Shown: positions 45,085-55,653, numbered from the stretch's first letter. The stretch: DNA of 59,849 nucleotides from a bacterium (GCA_046759165.1 JBHIBS010000002.1:1-59849); one strand, 5' to 3'. Numbers and translations: made by a program. Notes: generated from the letters alone by a model not told the origin.

Positions 45085-46098
45085 TTACAAATTCCTGCCC
45101 ACAGCACGGGCAACTTTTTTCAGTTCCTGCATTAAGCTGGCAAAATTTTCCGGCAGGAGAGACTGTACTCCATCGGATAGGGCGTGTTCCGGGTCGGAAT
45201 GTACTTCGATAATCAGGCCATCGGCCCCGCAAGCAATTACTGCCTTAGACATCGAGCCCACAAAATTGCGCACGCCAGTGCCGTGCGAAGGGTCTACAAT
45301 TATCGGTAGATGGCTCCACGCCTTTATAGCCGGGATTGCGTTCAAATCTAAGGTAAACCTAGTCGCGCTTTCGAAAGTTCTAATCCCTCGTTCGCAGAGG
45401 ATCACGTTTGGATTTCCCCTGGACACAATGTACTCAGCAGACATCAGCCACTCTTCGATTGTTGTAGCTATACCTCGCTTAAGCAGTATTGGCTTTTTGC
45501 TTTTACCAGCTTCTTTCAAAAGGTCGAAATTCTGAACATTGCGAGCTCCAATCTGGATGATGTCTGCATAGCGGGAAACTAACTCTATCTGCTCGATATT
45601 CATAGCCTCTGTAACTACTAAGAGCCCGGTTGCCCTTTTGGCCTTGGCTAAATACTTTAGTCCCTTCTCCCCCAATCCCTGAAAAGAATATGGGGAAGTT
45701 CTCGGTTTGAAAGCCCCCCCGCGAAGAACCTTTGCTCCAGCCCTCTTCACGTTACTGGCAATAGAGAGAAGGAGGTCTTCCTTCTCCACTGAGCAGGGTC
45801 CTGCCATAACCACTATATCTTTTCCACCTATGGAAACATTGCCAATCTTAACTATTGTATCTTCTCTCTTAAATTCCCTGCTAACCAGCTTATAAGGTTT
45901 CGATATCGGAGTGATCGACTCAACAGTAAAGAATCCCTCAAACACCTCTTTGGCAGCAATAGCATTCTCACCAATCACTCCAATTACTGTTCTCTTAGCA
46001 CCCTTTGAAATGTGGGCTTGAAATCCCAATTCTTCTATCTTCTTAACCAGCTCTTCAATTCCTTGCTTTGTGGTCCCTGGCTTCAATGTTAAGAACAT
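45085..46098 (-). CDS. aroF: 3-deoxy-7-phosphoheptulonate synthase (type I-beta with N-terminal regulatory domain)
   Basis: [19 protein letters not shown] and DPSH motifs. About 337 aa, like the Thermotoga-type enzyme. Confidence 0.9.
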   Translation of the reverse strand: MFLTLKPGTTKQGIEELVKKIEELGFQAHISKGAKRTVIGVIGENAIAAKEVFEGFFTVESITPISKPYKLVSREFKREDTIVKIGNVSIGGKDIVVMAGPCSVEKEDLLLSIASNVKRAGAKVLRGGAFKPRTSPYSFQGLGEKGLKYLAKAKRATGLLVVTEAMNIEQIELVSRYADIIQIGARNVQNFDLLKEAGKSKKPILLKRGIATTIEEWLMSAEYIVSRGNPNVILCERGIRTFESATRFTLDLNAIPAIKAWSHLPIIVDPSHGTGVRNFVGSMSKAVIACGADGLIIEVHSDPEHALSDGVQSLLPENFASLMQELKKVARAVGRNL

Positions 46099-47207
46099 CT
46101 ACCCATAACCTCCCTCAGGGCATTGATGAATCTCCTGTTCTGCTGGGGCAAACCTATGGTTACCCTGATAAATTCTGGTAAATCGTATTCACCCATAGGT
46201 CTCACAATTATTCCCTTCTCCAATAGTCTCTCAAATACATTATGACCGTTACCTACCTTGAGTAGAATATGGTTAGTCACCGAGGGAATGAATTCAATAG
46301 CCATCTTCTCCAGATTCTTCTCCAGATACTTCATCTCCCTACCAACCAACCTACGACTGCGCTTTAGGTGAGTTTCATCGGAAAGGCTAGCCAGAGCTGC
46401 TATCTGAGCCAGCGAATTGGTATTGAATGGAGGTCTAATCCTATCCATAAACTCAATCAATTCAGACTTCCCGATTCCATAGCCAATCCGCAAGCCAGCC
46501 AGACCGTAAATTTTGGAAAAGGTACGTAAGACAATTACCGGCTGCCCCTGCTTAACATAGGGAAGCGTCTTAGGATAATCTTTTCTGGTCACATACTCCC
46601 GGTAAGCCTCATCAAATACCACCATCATGTCTTCTGGCAAATCCTTTATAAATTTCTGCACTTGCTCTTCTGTAACATAAGTTCCTGTGGGATTGTTAGG
46701 GTTAGCTATAAACACTATTTTGGTCCTCCGAGTTATTGCCATCTTCATTGCCTCCAGATCATGGGTAAAATTTTTCATGGGGGCCTTTTTCACCTGACAA
46801 CCCATCAGTTCTCCGGCCATCTCATAGCGAATGAAGGCATGCTCAGACACTACGATTTCGTCAGTCGGGTTCAAGAAAGTTTTCCCGATGATTTCGATTA
46901 TCTCATCCGTTCCGCTACCAAGGATGATATTTTTTGGCTTGATTTTTAGCCTTTTGGCTAAGACCTTCTTTAAATAGAAACCGCTCCCGTCTGGATAGAG
47001 GTTCACTCGATTGAGGAACCTTTTCATGGCACTGACTGCCCGGGGTGAAGGCCCCAGGGGATTCTCATTTGAAGCTAATTTATCGACCCTGGCAAGGCCC
47101 AATTCTCTCTTTACTTCCTCGATTGGCTTACCAGGAAGGTAGGGTTGGAAATCTAATACACTTTTTCTCACAAGTTTTTCAATTCTCAAGATAACCTCCG
47201 TAATCAC
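46089..47207 (-). CDS. hisC: histidinol-phosphate/aromatic aminotransferase
   Basis: [26 protein letters not shown] (PLP Lys). Confidence 0.9.
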   Translation of the reverse strand: MITEVILRIEKLVRKSVLDFQPYLPGKPIEEVKRELGLARVDKLASNENPLGPSPRAVSAMKRFLNRVNLYPDGSGFYLKKVLAKRLKIKPKNIILGSGTDEIIEIIGKTFLNPTDEIVVSEHAFIRYEMAGELMGCQVKKAPMKNFTHDLEAMKMAITRRTKIVFIANPNNPTGTYVTEEQVQKFIKDLPEDMMVVFDEAYREYVTRKDYPKTLPYVKQGQPVIVLRTFSKIYGLAGLRIGYGIGKSELIEFMDRIRPPFNTNSLAQIAALASLSDETHLKRSRRLVGREMKYLEKNLEKMAIEFIPSVTNHILLKVGNGHNVFERLLEKGIIVRPMGEYDLPEFIRVTIGLPQQNRRFINALREVMGRCS

Positions 47208-48268
47208 TCGCTCCTTGGATAAGAGCCCAATATCTTAAGAAGTAGACACTCTCTTTCTAGTTGCCTCAAAGCCCGCTTCACATTTTCGTCCTCGACGTGT
47301 CCTACCAAGTCGACAAAGAATATATACTCCCAGGCTCGGAGCTTGGTCGGTCTGGATTCGATCTTAGTCAGGTTAATATTATTCTTACGGAAAGGAGTAA
47401 GCATATCATGGAGCGCTCCTACTCTATCTTTTATGGAGAAAAGAATGGATGTTTTGTCTTGTCCACTTTTCGCTGGGAAACTCTTGCCTATAACCAGAAA
47501 GCGTGTGAAATTTTGCACATTATCCTCAATGCCTTCAGCGATTATCTTCAGATCATACAAGGAGGCTGCGAGCCTCGAAGCTATTGCTCCGCCGTCGGGG
47601 TCTTTCTCAGCCATCTCCGCTGCCTTGGCAGTGGAAGATGTCTCCACCAGTTCAGCATTGGGCAGGTTATCTTCAATCCAATTTCTAGATTGAGCAATTG
47701 CCTGGGGATGAGAATAGAGTCTTTTTATTTCCCTGATTTCACCCGCATTGGAAAGGAGATTATGAGAGATTTCCAGAAGTAATTCAGAACAAATCTTTAA
47801 TTCCGAAGTGACGAACATATCCAATGTATGATTGATGACGCCTTCAGTCGAGTTCTCAATGGGCACAACTCCGTAGTTAGAACGGCCCTTTTCCACCTCT
47901 GAGAAAACATCGGCTATACTCTTGACAGGAGTAAAAATAGCATACTTACCGAAATTCTTAACTGCTGCTAGGTGAGTGAAAGTGGCCTCGGGCCCCAGAT
48001 AAGCTACCCTCAACTTCTTCTGGATAGACCTGGAAGCATTCAATATTTCTTGGAAGATCCCTCTCAATGCTTCATTGGGAAGCGGTCCCTTATTCTTCTT
48101 GAGTAGTCTTTCCACGATTTTCTTTTCCCGATGCGGAGCATAGAATTCCTGCTTTGCCTTTGCTTTCAATTTTGCAATCCCCCGGACTGCTCTGGTTCTC
48201 TGGTTCAACAATCTCAAAATGTGGTTATCTATCTTATCAATTTTTTCACGCAAACTTCTTAAATTCAT
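47204..48268 (-). CDS. pheA: bifunctional chorismate mutase / prephenate dehydratase
   Basis: CM_2 helix LREKIDKIDNHILRLLNQR, PDT TRF motif (NFTRFLVIG), ACT ESRP (IESRPTK). Confidence 0.92.
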   Translation of the reverse strand: MNLRSLREKIDKIDNHILRLLNQRTRAVRGIAKLKAKAKQEFYAPHREKKIVERLLKKNKGPLPNEALRGIFQEILNASRSIQKKLRVAYLGPEATFTHLAAVKNFGKYAIFTPVKSIADVFSEVEKGRSNYGVVPIENSTEGVINHTLDMFVTSELKICSELLLEISHNLLSNAGEIREIKRLYSHPQAIAQSRNWIEDNLPNAELVETSSTAKAAEMAEKDPDGGAIASRLAASLYDLKIIAEGIEDNVQNFTRFLVIGKSFPAKSGQDKTSILFSIKDRVGALHDMLTPFRKNNINLTKIESRPTKLRAWEYIFFVDLVGHVEDENVKRALRQLERECLLLKILGSYPRSE

Positions 48269-48286
48269 CTACTGTCCCTCCAATCT

Positions 48287-48823
48287 CTATCCACTAACCG
48301 GTGGTTTTATCTCCACCAGGCTCGGGATTTCAGATAGATCCTTTAACCCGAAGTAGCGCAGGAATTCTTGAGTCGTTCCGTATAGAATTGGGCGACCCGG
48401 TACTTTTTTTCTCCCTGAAATTCTAATCAGTTTCCTTTCTAAAAGTGTCCTCAAAACGCAGGAAGCGTCGACTCCTCTTATCTTCTCTATTTCAGCCCGG
48501 GTGACGGGCTGTTTATAAGCGATAATTGAGAGCGTCTCTAAAGCAGGGAGTGAGAGTTGAAAAGTAGTTTGTGATTTATAAAGTTTCCTCAACCAGCTTG
48601 AGAATTCGCCCCTGGTACAGATCTGGTATCCCTGGGCAATGTTTAGAACTTGAAGCCCGCTATTTCTTAGCTCGTATTCCTTTTTCAATTTTTCAACAGC
48701 CCCTTTTATCTCGTCAGGGTTGTCAATTTTTATGATTTTAGCCAATTTGTCTATACCCAAAGGTTTATTGGAGAAAAATAGGAAGCACTCAATTATATTC
48801 TTTAATTTTTCTCTCTCCATCAC
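48287..48823 (-). CDS. scpB: segregation and condensation protein B
   Basis: IIECFLFFSNKPL...LSLPALETLSIIAYKQPVTRAEIEKIRGV. Confidence 0.9.
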   Translation of the reverse strand: MMEREKLKNIIECFLFFSNKPLGIDKLAKIIKIDNPDEIKGAVEKLKKEYELRNSGLQVLNIAQGYQICTRGEFSSWLRKLYKSQTTFQLSLPALETLSIIAYKQPVTRAEIEKIRGVDASCVLRTLLERKLIRISGRKKVPGRPILYGTTQEFLRYFGLKDLSEIPSLVEIKPPVSG

Positions 48824-49536
48824 CCTTGTGCTACCAGTTCCTGTTTTGCTCTGTAGACCCTTATATCTCCAAACGGTTTTGCCTGACGAGCAAAGACCAT
48901 TCTCAATCGGATCAGTTCTAACAGAGCTAAAAGAGTCACTATTAGAAGTTTCTTCGTCCTCTGTCCAGAAAATATGGTCTCAAAATTGATAAATCTTCTA
49001 TTTTCCAGAAAGTCCAGTATTTCTCGAATTCGGTCTTCAACACTGAGCTCTTCTTGAATTATTTCTCGGACTTCTTTTTCAGCCCGAAATGCCACTCTCT
49101 GGAAGGCATCCAGGAGGTCAAAAAGTGTAGCTTCGATGGTATAATCTTCATCCTCAGGAATTAGAGGAAGACGTCCATAGACGTTCCTTTGAATCGCCTC
49201 TCTCTCCTTCAAGATACTGGCTGCTTCTTTGAATTTCTGATACTCCATAAGTCTGGCTGCCAATTCTGCTTGGAGGTCTTCAGCTTCTTCCTCTTCAACT
49301 GTTTCCACGGATGGAAGTAACATTCTCGATTTTACGTAGATTAGAGTAGAAGCCATTACCAGAAACTCTCCTGCAAAATCTAGGTTAAGTCTCCTGAAGA
49401 GTTTTATGTACTTCAAATAGTCGGCTGTAATCTGTGCTATGGGTATATTGAAGATATCGAGCTTCTCTTTCTTAATCAAATGGAGCAATAAATCGAGCGG
49501 ACCTTCAAATACCTCCAATCTCACCCTATAATCCAT
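48820..49536 (-). CDS. scpA: segregation and condensation protein A
   Basis: FEGPLDLLLHLIKKEKLDIFNIPIAQIT. Confidence 0.9.
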   Translation of the reverse strand: MDYRVRLEVFEGPLDLLLHLIKKEKLDIFNIPIAQITADYLKYIKLFRRLNLDFAGEFLVMASTLIYVKSRMLLPSVETVEEEEAEDLQAELAARLMEYQKFKEAASILKEREAIQRNVYGRLPLIPEDEDYTIEATLFDLLDAFQRVAFRAEKEVREIIQEELSVEDRIREILDFLENRRFINFETIFSGQRTKKLLIVTLLALLELIRLRMVFARQAKPFGDIRVYRAKQELVAQG

Positions 49537-49673
49537 CCCACCCTCCTTATGTGAATCAGCCTGTGCTCAATAGGGGAAACCTCAATCCAGGGCGCTCACC
49601 GACTCGCGCCCGTCGCTAACACGGAGCTCCTTATGCGTCGCTCCAGCGACCCCTTCCATAAAGGTTCCATATT
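49537..49673 (-). repeat. mosaic leader repeat (L1) between trpS and scpA
   Basis: A 45-nt core at 49542-49586 matches 56885-56929 with one mismatch. On the gene strand it ends TTCACATAAGGAGGG before the scpA ATG. Confidence 0.7.
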
Positions 49674-50654
49674 CTATAATCCAATCGCTTCTCTCACTTC
49701 CTTAAGGGTTCCCTGGGTAATTTTCTGAGCTCTGAGACGCCCCTGTTTAAGAATCTTAACGATCTCCTCAGGATTCGCCTCCAAATCTCTCCTCTTTGCC
49801 TGAATCGATTTTAATCTCTCTATTAGAGCTTCGCTCAAAATCTCCTTACAGACTACACAGCCTATTTTTCCACCTTTACAATCAGTAGTTATTGAATCTA
49901 ACTTCAGGGAACTAAAAATCTTATGGAGCCCGTATACTGTGCAGACATCGGGATGTCCGGGGTCGTTCGCTCTAATCCGGCTGGGGTCAGTAATCATAAG
50001 GCCCACTTTCTCCCGAATAACCTGTGGGGGGTCTGACAGGAAAATGCAATTATTGTAACTCTTACTCATCTTCCGGCCATCGGTTCCTAAAAGTTTTGGC
50101 ACTTTGGTAAGAAGAGCTTGTGGTTCCGGAAAGATATTTCTATATAATAAATTGAAACGCCGAGCAATCTCCCGGCAAAGTTCCACATGGGGAAGTTGGT
50201 CCTCCCCCACAGGCACAGCCTCTGCCTTGTACACCAAAATGTCTGCTGCCTGCAGGACAGGGTAACCTAGAAACCCGTAGGTGGAAAGGTTACGGTCTTT
50301 CAATTCCTGTTGCTGCTGCTTATAAGTGGGACACCTTTCCAGCCAGCTTAGAGGAATGAACATGGACAGCAGAAGATGTAGTTCCGCATGCTCCACAACT
50401 TGGGACTGGACAAACATTGTAGACTTTTCGGGGTCGAGACCTGAGGAGATCCAGTCAATAACCATTTCTCTGATATTGGCCTTGATTTCTGAAGGGTTTT
50501 CGTATTCTGTTGTCAGAGCATGCCAATCTGCCACCATGTAGAAACATTCGTATTCGCCCTGTAAGCCTGCCCAATTGCTGAGTGCTCCCAAAAGGTGTCC
50601 CACGTGTAGCTTTCCGCTGGGACGCATTCCACTCAAAATTCTTTTTTTTGCCAT
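49674..50654 (-). CDS. trpS: tryptophan--tRNA ligase
   Basis: HIGH-type GKLHVGH and KMSKS. Start set to ATG 50654, 2 nt after the upstream stop. Confidence 0.93.
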   Translation of the reverse strand: MAKKRILSGMRPSGKLHVGHLLGALSNWAGLQGEYECFYMVADWHALTTEYENPSEIKANIREMVIDWISSGLDPEKSTMFVQSQVVEHAELHLLLSMFIPLSWLERCPTYKQQQQELKDRNLSTYGFLGYPVLQAADILVYKAEAVPVGEDQLPHVELCREIARRFNLLYRNIFPEPQALLTKVPKLLGTDGRKMSKSYNNCIFLSDPPQVIREKVGLMITDPSRIRANDPGHPDVCTVYGLHKIFSSLKLDSITTDCKGGKIGCVVCKEILSEALIERLKSIQAKRRDLEANPEEIVKILKQGRLRAQKITQGTLKEVREAIGL

Positions 50655-50656
50655 TT

Positions 50657-51343
50657 CTAAAAGCCCCTTCCTATCCACAAAAAGAGTAGACTGTAAAGGA
50701 ACTGAACGATAGGTAAAATTATAGCCCAGAGTAAACCTGTCAAGAGAAAGAAAAAGATGATAACAAAACCGAAAGGAGAGATCATCTCATAGCTCATAGC
50801 CATACGGGGTGGCAATAATCCCGAGAGAATTCGCGAACCATCCAGTGGTGGAACGGGAATAAGATTGAACACTGCAAGCAAAAGATTAATCAGAACGCTG
50901 AAAAGGAGAATTACTAATAAGGAATTTCTTAACTGTGTCATAGGCAAGTAGCTGAATATCCAGACCAGAAAGGAAGAGACAATTGCCAGTCCAATATTGG
51001 AGAGAGGACCCGAGGCTCCCACTCTCACCAGGTCTACCCGCGGATTGTTAAAATTGTATGGATTGATGGGAACAGGCTTGGCCCAACCGATAACAAATGA
51101 GGAACGGGAAAGGATTAAAAGGAGAGGAAATATTATCGTCCCGATTAAATCGATATGTGGTAGAGGATTCAACGTTATCCTCCCAGCGTATCTTGCCGTA
51201 TTGTCTCCGCATCGGGAGGCCATCCACCCATGGGCACATTCATGGATAACAATTGCAAAAAAGAAAATAACCAAAGCTACTGGCAGAGGAATCATTCGGA
51301 AAACAATAAAAGGATTCCTAACCATGTATCGAAGCGTAAACAT
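50657..51343 (-). CDS. site-2 protease family (M50) membrane metalloprotease
   Basis: HECAHG zinc motif in a TM helix, with a downstream PPLDG. Confidence 0.85.
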   Translation of the reverse strand: MFTLRYMVRNPFIVFRMIPLPVALVIFFFAIVIHECAHGWMASRCGDNTARYAGRITLNPLPHIDLIGTIIFPLLLILSRSSFVIGWAKPVPINPYNFNNPRVDLVRVGASGPLSNIGLAIVSSFLVWIFSYLPMTQLRNSLLVILLFSVLINLLLAVFNLIPVPPLDGSRILSGLLPPRMAMSYEMISPFGFVIIFFFLLTGLLWAIILPIVQFLYSLLFLWIGRGF

Positions 51344-51514
51344 GCGATGATCGGTGAGCTAAATTCCACTCACTCGGTCTTTTTCACCTCCTTCAAGATG
51401 TTCCCTTGGGGATGTTCACCACCATTTCTTTATAAGGGAAAGTTTCGCTCTGCCACTGCTAAGTGACATTTAGAAGACTAATGGGCATCTCGATTGTTTA
51501 AATTTAAAATTTTA

Positions 51515-53746
51515 TCAATGTTTAGGGAAATTGTCAACCACAAACCTCGTCTCAGAAAGGGGGCTTTTAACAATTCCATCAAGTTTAGCCCAGAGCAATT
51601 CCTCCAATATTTTCTTAAAAATGGGACCCTCTTTATACCCCATCTTTTTAAGCTTATCGCCTGTAGTATGAATCCTCACCTTACGCATTCTGGTGAGGTA
51701 TTGATAGGCCCTTCTTTCAACTAATCTGCTCCGCGCTTTTAAGACAATAAATAGAAGCGCCTCAATAGGTAACCCTTTCAATGTTCGGTAGATGGAGCTC
51801 GGCTTCAACTCTGATTCTTTGAGCTTCCCTACGATTTCTGATGGTATTTCTCTTCTCCTGTTTATCCTTTTACCCTGTTCCCTTGAAAATCTAAAATTCT
51901 TGCAGAGATTTTTCACTTCTCGTGTGCTTAATTTCTGTACCAATATCAAAAAATGGACTATCCAGCGTTCCACAGTATCTTCCCTAAGATGAGGTGCGAA
52001 TTTAAAAAAGATGGCTTTAACTCTTTCTAAGTCCTTTTCCATCTCCTGGCTTAATCTAATTTTTGGATGGATTGACTTGAGAATCCCGAATTTGCCCAGT
52101 CTCAAAATTGCCTTCCTGGGTTCGGGTTCGCTCAGGATAGCAATGATTTCCTCTCTTATTCTTTCTTTACTTAAGCGCCTAAAAATTTGCAATCTAAGCG
52201 CATCCCTCATAAGTCGCTCAGTGTTTCTGTCCATCGAGAAGCCATATCTCCCTTCGAAACGAATTGCTCGAAAGATGCGAGTGGGATCTTCGATAAGGCT
52301 CCTGTTATGTAAGACCTTAACTATTCTCTCTTTCAAATCTCTCCATCCGCCGAAGAAGTCGACCAATTCTCCATAGCGCTCAGGATTTAATCTTACAGCC
52401 ATAGCGTTAATGGTAAAGTCTCGCCTATACAAATCTTCCTTCACCGAACTTCTCTCTACAGTAGGCAAAGCAGCGGGAAATTCGTAAAATTCCTTTCTTG
52501 CACTGGCAATATCTATCTTAATTCCACTTGGCAAAATAACTATCGCGGTCGCAAACCTCTTGTGGGCAGTAACCTTGCCTCCCAGTCTTTTGACCAGATG
52601 TCGGGCAAAGGATATGCTATCTCCCTCAACGACTAAATCTACATCAAAGTTTTGTACGCCAAGCAGAACGTCGCGCACGAAGCCACCAACCGCGTAGATT
52701 GAGAATTTCTTCTGTTCAGCTATTCTACCCACTTTCGCCAGCAAACTTGTTATTTTAGAAGGAAGATTCCTTTTCAGAAGGGGAGTTACATTCTTTTTAG
52801 ACAGGAGGCTTTCATCAGGTGCGATTTTGGATGTGACTTTGGTCTTCAGGACTTCTATCAATTTTTTCTCTGCATCTCCAAGCTCCATTCCCCTTATTGT
52901 GGCCGAAGCCGCAGTGGCATGGCCACCTCCTCCAAAAGTCTCGGCAATTTTACCCACATTTACAGCCTTAATTCTACTGCGGGCAACTATGCGAATTTTC
53001 CCTTTCGTCTCCAACAATACGAAAATGGTATCCAGATTTTCGATATCGCATAATCTATGAACAATTGTCGTCAGATCAGTGACATAGTCTGAAGACTTCA
53101 GCTTAATAATGGTAGTTTCTTTTCCGTTAATCTTAATTTTCTTCTCCAATCTAAGAAGTCTATCTAATAATTTAATTTGGTCTTTAGTTAATTCCCTGCG
53201 TAGGAAGTCAGAAACGGTGTTCAAATTTGCTCCTCTGGTCACTAGAAAAGAGGCTGCCTTTAAGTCTGAAGGGGTGGTGGAAGAAAATGTAAAAGACCCT
53301 GTATCCTCATAAATTCCCAGAGCAAGAAGGGTTGCCTCTTGCGGAGAAATTTTGATTCTTCTCTTCTTTATGAATTCTACCAGAATAGTTGTAGTGGCTC
53401 CATAGTCTCCTTCCATGTCAACTGTTCCAGAGAGATCCCCTTTGGTGCGGGGATGATGATCATACAGGTGAAGGATTAATCTAGGATTGCCAAGAGCTTT
53501 CTTTGCCTCTCCAATTCTTCTAGCAAGTCGTGTATCTACAACTATAAGTCTTTTGACTTTTCTAAAATTGATCTCTTTCTCTCGCTTCAGGTCTACTAGA
53601 TGGGGGTTTTTGTCCAAATATTCTCTCACATCCTTACCAGCTGAGCCGGGCAAGGTAACTAAAGCATTAGGATATATTTTCTTTGCTGCTACAAGAGAAG
53701 CTAAAGCATCAAAATCTGCACCAATATGAGTCACGATCAAATCCAT
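51515..53746 (-). CDS. DHH/DHHA1 phosphoesterase fused to CCA-adding / poly(A) polymerase-family nucleotidyltransferase
   Basis: N-terminal HIGADFDALAS, LYDHHP and GGGGHATAA. C-terminal YAVGGFVRDVLLG..DVDLVVEGD, RDFTINAM and FRAIRF. Confidence 0.88.
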   Translation of the reverse strand: MDLIVTHIGADFDALASLVAAKKIYPNALVTLPGSAGKDVREYLDKNPHLVDLKREKEINFRKVKRLIVVDTRLARRIGEAKKALGNPRLILHLYDHHPRTKGDLSGTVDMEGDYGATTTILVEFIKKRRIKISPQEATLLALGIYEDTGSFTFSSTTPSDLKAASFLVTRGANLNTVSDFLRRELTKDQIKLLDRLLRLEKKIKINGKETTIIKLKSSDYVTDLTTIVHRLCDIENLDTIFVLLETKGKIRIVARSRIKAVNVGKIAETFGGGGHATAASATIRGMELGDAEKKLIEVLKTKVTSKIAPDESLLSKKNVTPLLKRNLPSKITSLLAKVGRIAEQKKFSIYAVGGFVRDVLLGVQNFDVDLVVEGDSISFARHLVKRLGGKVTAHKRFATAIVILPSGIKIDIASARKEFYEFPAALPTVERSSVKEDLYRRDFTINAMAVRLNPERYGELVDFFGGWRDLKERIVKVLHNRSLIEDPTRIFRAIRFEGRYGFSMDRNTERLMRDALRLQIFRRLSKERIREEIIAILSEPEPRKAILRLGKFGILKSIHPKIRLSQEMEKDLERVKAIFFKFAPHLREDTVERWIVHFLILVQKLSTREVKNLCKNFRFSREQGKRINRRREIPSEIVGKLKESELKPSSIYRTLKGLPIEALLFIVLKARSRLVERRAYQYLTRMRKVRIHTTGDKLKKMGYKEGPIFKKILEELLWAKLDGIVKSPLSETRFVVDNFPKH

Positions 53747-54151
53747 CTAGATACGCTCCATTCCATTGGGCAAAACCTTGAATTGACCCGAAGAGTCATT
53801 GCCAGTCCCGATGAAAATCGGAGGGGCAATCTCCTGCACAATTACGAGATTGCTTCACTTCGTTCGCAATGACACTCCCTAATCCCATTGTAGACACAAA
53901 TTCAATTTGTGCATAATTTAAAACACCAATTATAGACTTTCTTTTCTTAATTTAACCTATTTTAACCAAAAAGTCAATCCAATTTTTGAGGGAATATCGA
54001 AAAGTCTGTAGTCGACTCATACAGGGGGATGTATTAAGCTACCCGAGAGAATCAGGAGATTGCCTGTAGGGGATAATGGCAGGTGTGGTATTGAAGGAGC
54101 GGCGGAAAAATAGTATAGCGCTTTGGTAGAAAGTTAGAGCACACCACCTTT

Positions 54152-55291
54152 TTACGCAGTAAGTAACTTTAATATATAATGCTTTTTTATTATTATGGCT
54201 CCTTGAGGACAGAATTCTTGACAACAGAAGCATCTGACACAGTTTGAATAATCAATTAAAACTTTACCCTTTCCATTCTTCTCCACGCATTTAACAGGAC
54301 AGTTTTCCAGGCAAGAGTAGCAACGGTCACAAAGCTCGTCAATTATTTTGGGTTTTGGTGAGAGCAAGCTTTTTAGCCAGTTCAGGAGAAATTTGGGAAT
54401 TTTCTGGGAAACATCCTGCGGAATTCGTTTGAAATTTTTTACTTTCAAATTTTCAATTTTTTCCCCTAAGACTTCTATGTTTTCGGGGAGAAAAATTCTT
54501 CTTTTCACAGCTATCCTGTTGGTAGGAATATCAAGTGGGTTTTTATAACCGATGAGCCGGCAGGCAACAAAATCTAAAGCTACGGGATTTCTGCTTGCAA
54601 GAATTGCTCCTACTTTCCGAGGAACCCCACTATATGGGCCATTTCCCTCCATTGCCACAATTCCATCTAGAATTACTAAATTAATCTTTATAGTACCTAG
54701 AAGGTCGAGAAGCATCTCCGAGAAGGACTCCCTGTCAGACAATTTCAGATGGAATTCGCACTTTCTCAGTCCCGGGATGAAACCGAAATTATTCTTCACC
54801 GCTGCGGTAACGTAAGTTAAAGGGTGAGTTTTTAATTTTGGAACCGAGATTATTACATCAAAATCTCTTATGCGTTTAGTAACTGTAAACTTCTTATAGA
54901 GATATCCTTTGCTATTCGCCATTTCCATAATATCATCCTCAAAAGATAGAAGAGAAACACCCGTTTTATGGCTAACCTCCTCGAGTCCTGCAGTTCGATA
55001 TGCTCGGGCTAATCCTGTAAGAGTTGCCCTCTCCCCAGGACTGTCTCCAATTGCTGGAATTCCTCCAGTTTCTTTCACTAAATTGATAACTGCCTCGACT
55101 ACATTGGGATGAGTGGTTACTGCCTTTTCCGGAGGGCTGCCTGAAAGAAGGTTTGTTTTGATCAGAACTCTCTGTCCGCTTTTGACAAACTCGCCAATTC
55201 CACCAAGCAAACCTAATAATTTCTTTAAAGAATTCTCTAAAACTGGAAGCTCATAACTCTCACATCTTACTAATGCCACTCTATCAGCCAT
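54152..55291 (-). CDS. DUF362-domain protein with C-terminal 2x[4Fe-4S] ferredoxin domain
   Basis: The N-terminal two-thirds are DUF362-like. C-terminus has CDRCYSCLENCP and CVRCFCCQEFCP. Start set to ATG 55291. Confidence 0.8.
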   Translation of the reverse strand: MADRVALVRCESYELPVLENSLKKLLGLLGGIGEFVKSGQRVLIKTNLLSGSPPEKAVTTHPNVVEAVINLVKETGGIPAIGDSPGERATLTGLARAYRTAGLEEVSHKTGVSLLSFEDDIMEMANSKGYLYKKFTVTKRIRDFDVIISVPKLKTHPLTYVTAAVKNNFGFIPGLRKCEFHLKLSDRESFSEMLLDLLGTIKINLVILDGIVAMEGNGPYSGVPRKVGAILASRNPVALDFVACRLIGYKNPLDIPTNRIAVKRRIFLPENIEVLGEKIENLKVKNFKRIPQDVSQKIPKFLLNWLKSLLSPKPKIIDELCDRCYSCLENCPVKCVEKNGKGKVLIDYSNCVRCFCCQEFCPQGAIIIKKHYILKLLTA

Positions 55292-55317
55292 CTTCTCTCT
55301 CCGCTCTCTTCTCCATT

Positions 55318-55653
55318 TCAAAGGCTGATTTTGTCCTCAGGTTTATAAGGGCACTTGATAAACACTGCCCGAACGGGAGATTTGGAGTCGTTCAGGATAT
55401 TATGTTTTTCGCCCGGCTCCAGCCGGAAAGCGTCGCCTGCTCCCGCCAGGTACTCAGTCCCATCGATCAATAATTTAGCTTTTCCTTCCAGTAAATAGAA
55501 TGTCTCTTCAACTTCTTTATGGTAGTGGGCTCCTAACGACCCTCCGGGATTCAGGATTAAAATCCCCCACTCTATCCTGGGTCCTCTGAAAAGATACTTG
55601 GGACCCGAATCGCCAAATCGAAACTCTCTCTCCCTTTCATTAATTCTTTCCAT
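55318..55653 (-). CDS. cupin domain protein
   Basis: GGSLGAHYHKEVEETFYLLEG...GDAFRLEPGEKHNI. Confidence 0.8.
   Translation of the reverse strand: MERINEREREFRFGDSGPKYLFRGPRIEWGILILNPGGSLGAHYHKEVEETFYLLEGKAKLLIDGTEYLAGAGDAFRLEPGEKHNILNDSKSPVRAVFIKCPYKPEDKISL

Noticed and set aside
45041-45232. 64-aa N-terminal extension of tyrA in the ORF track.
   Set aside because: It overlaps the 3' end of aroF, has Cys/Arg-rich non-homologous sequence, and the Rossmann fold starts right after the internal ATG at 45040.
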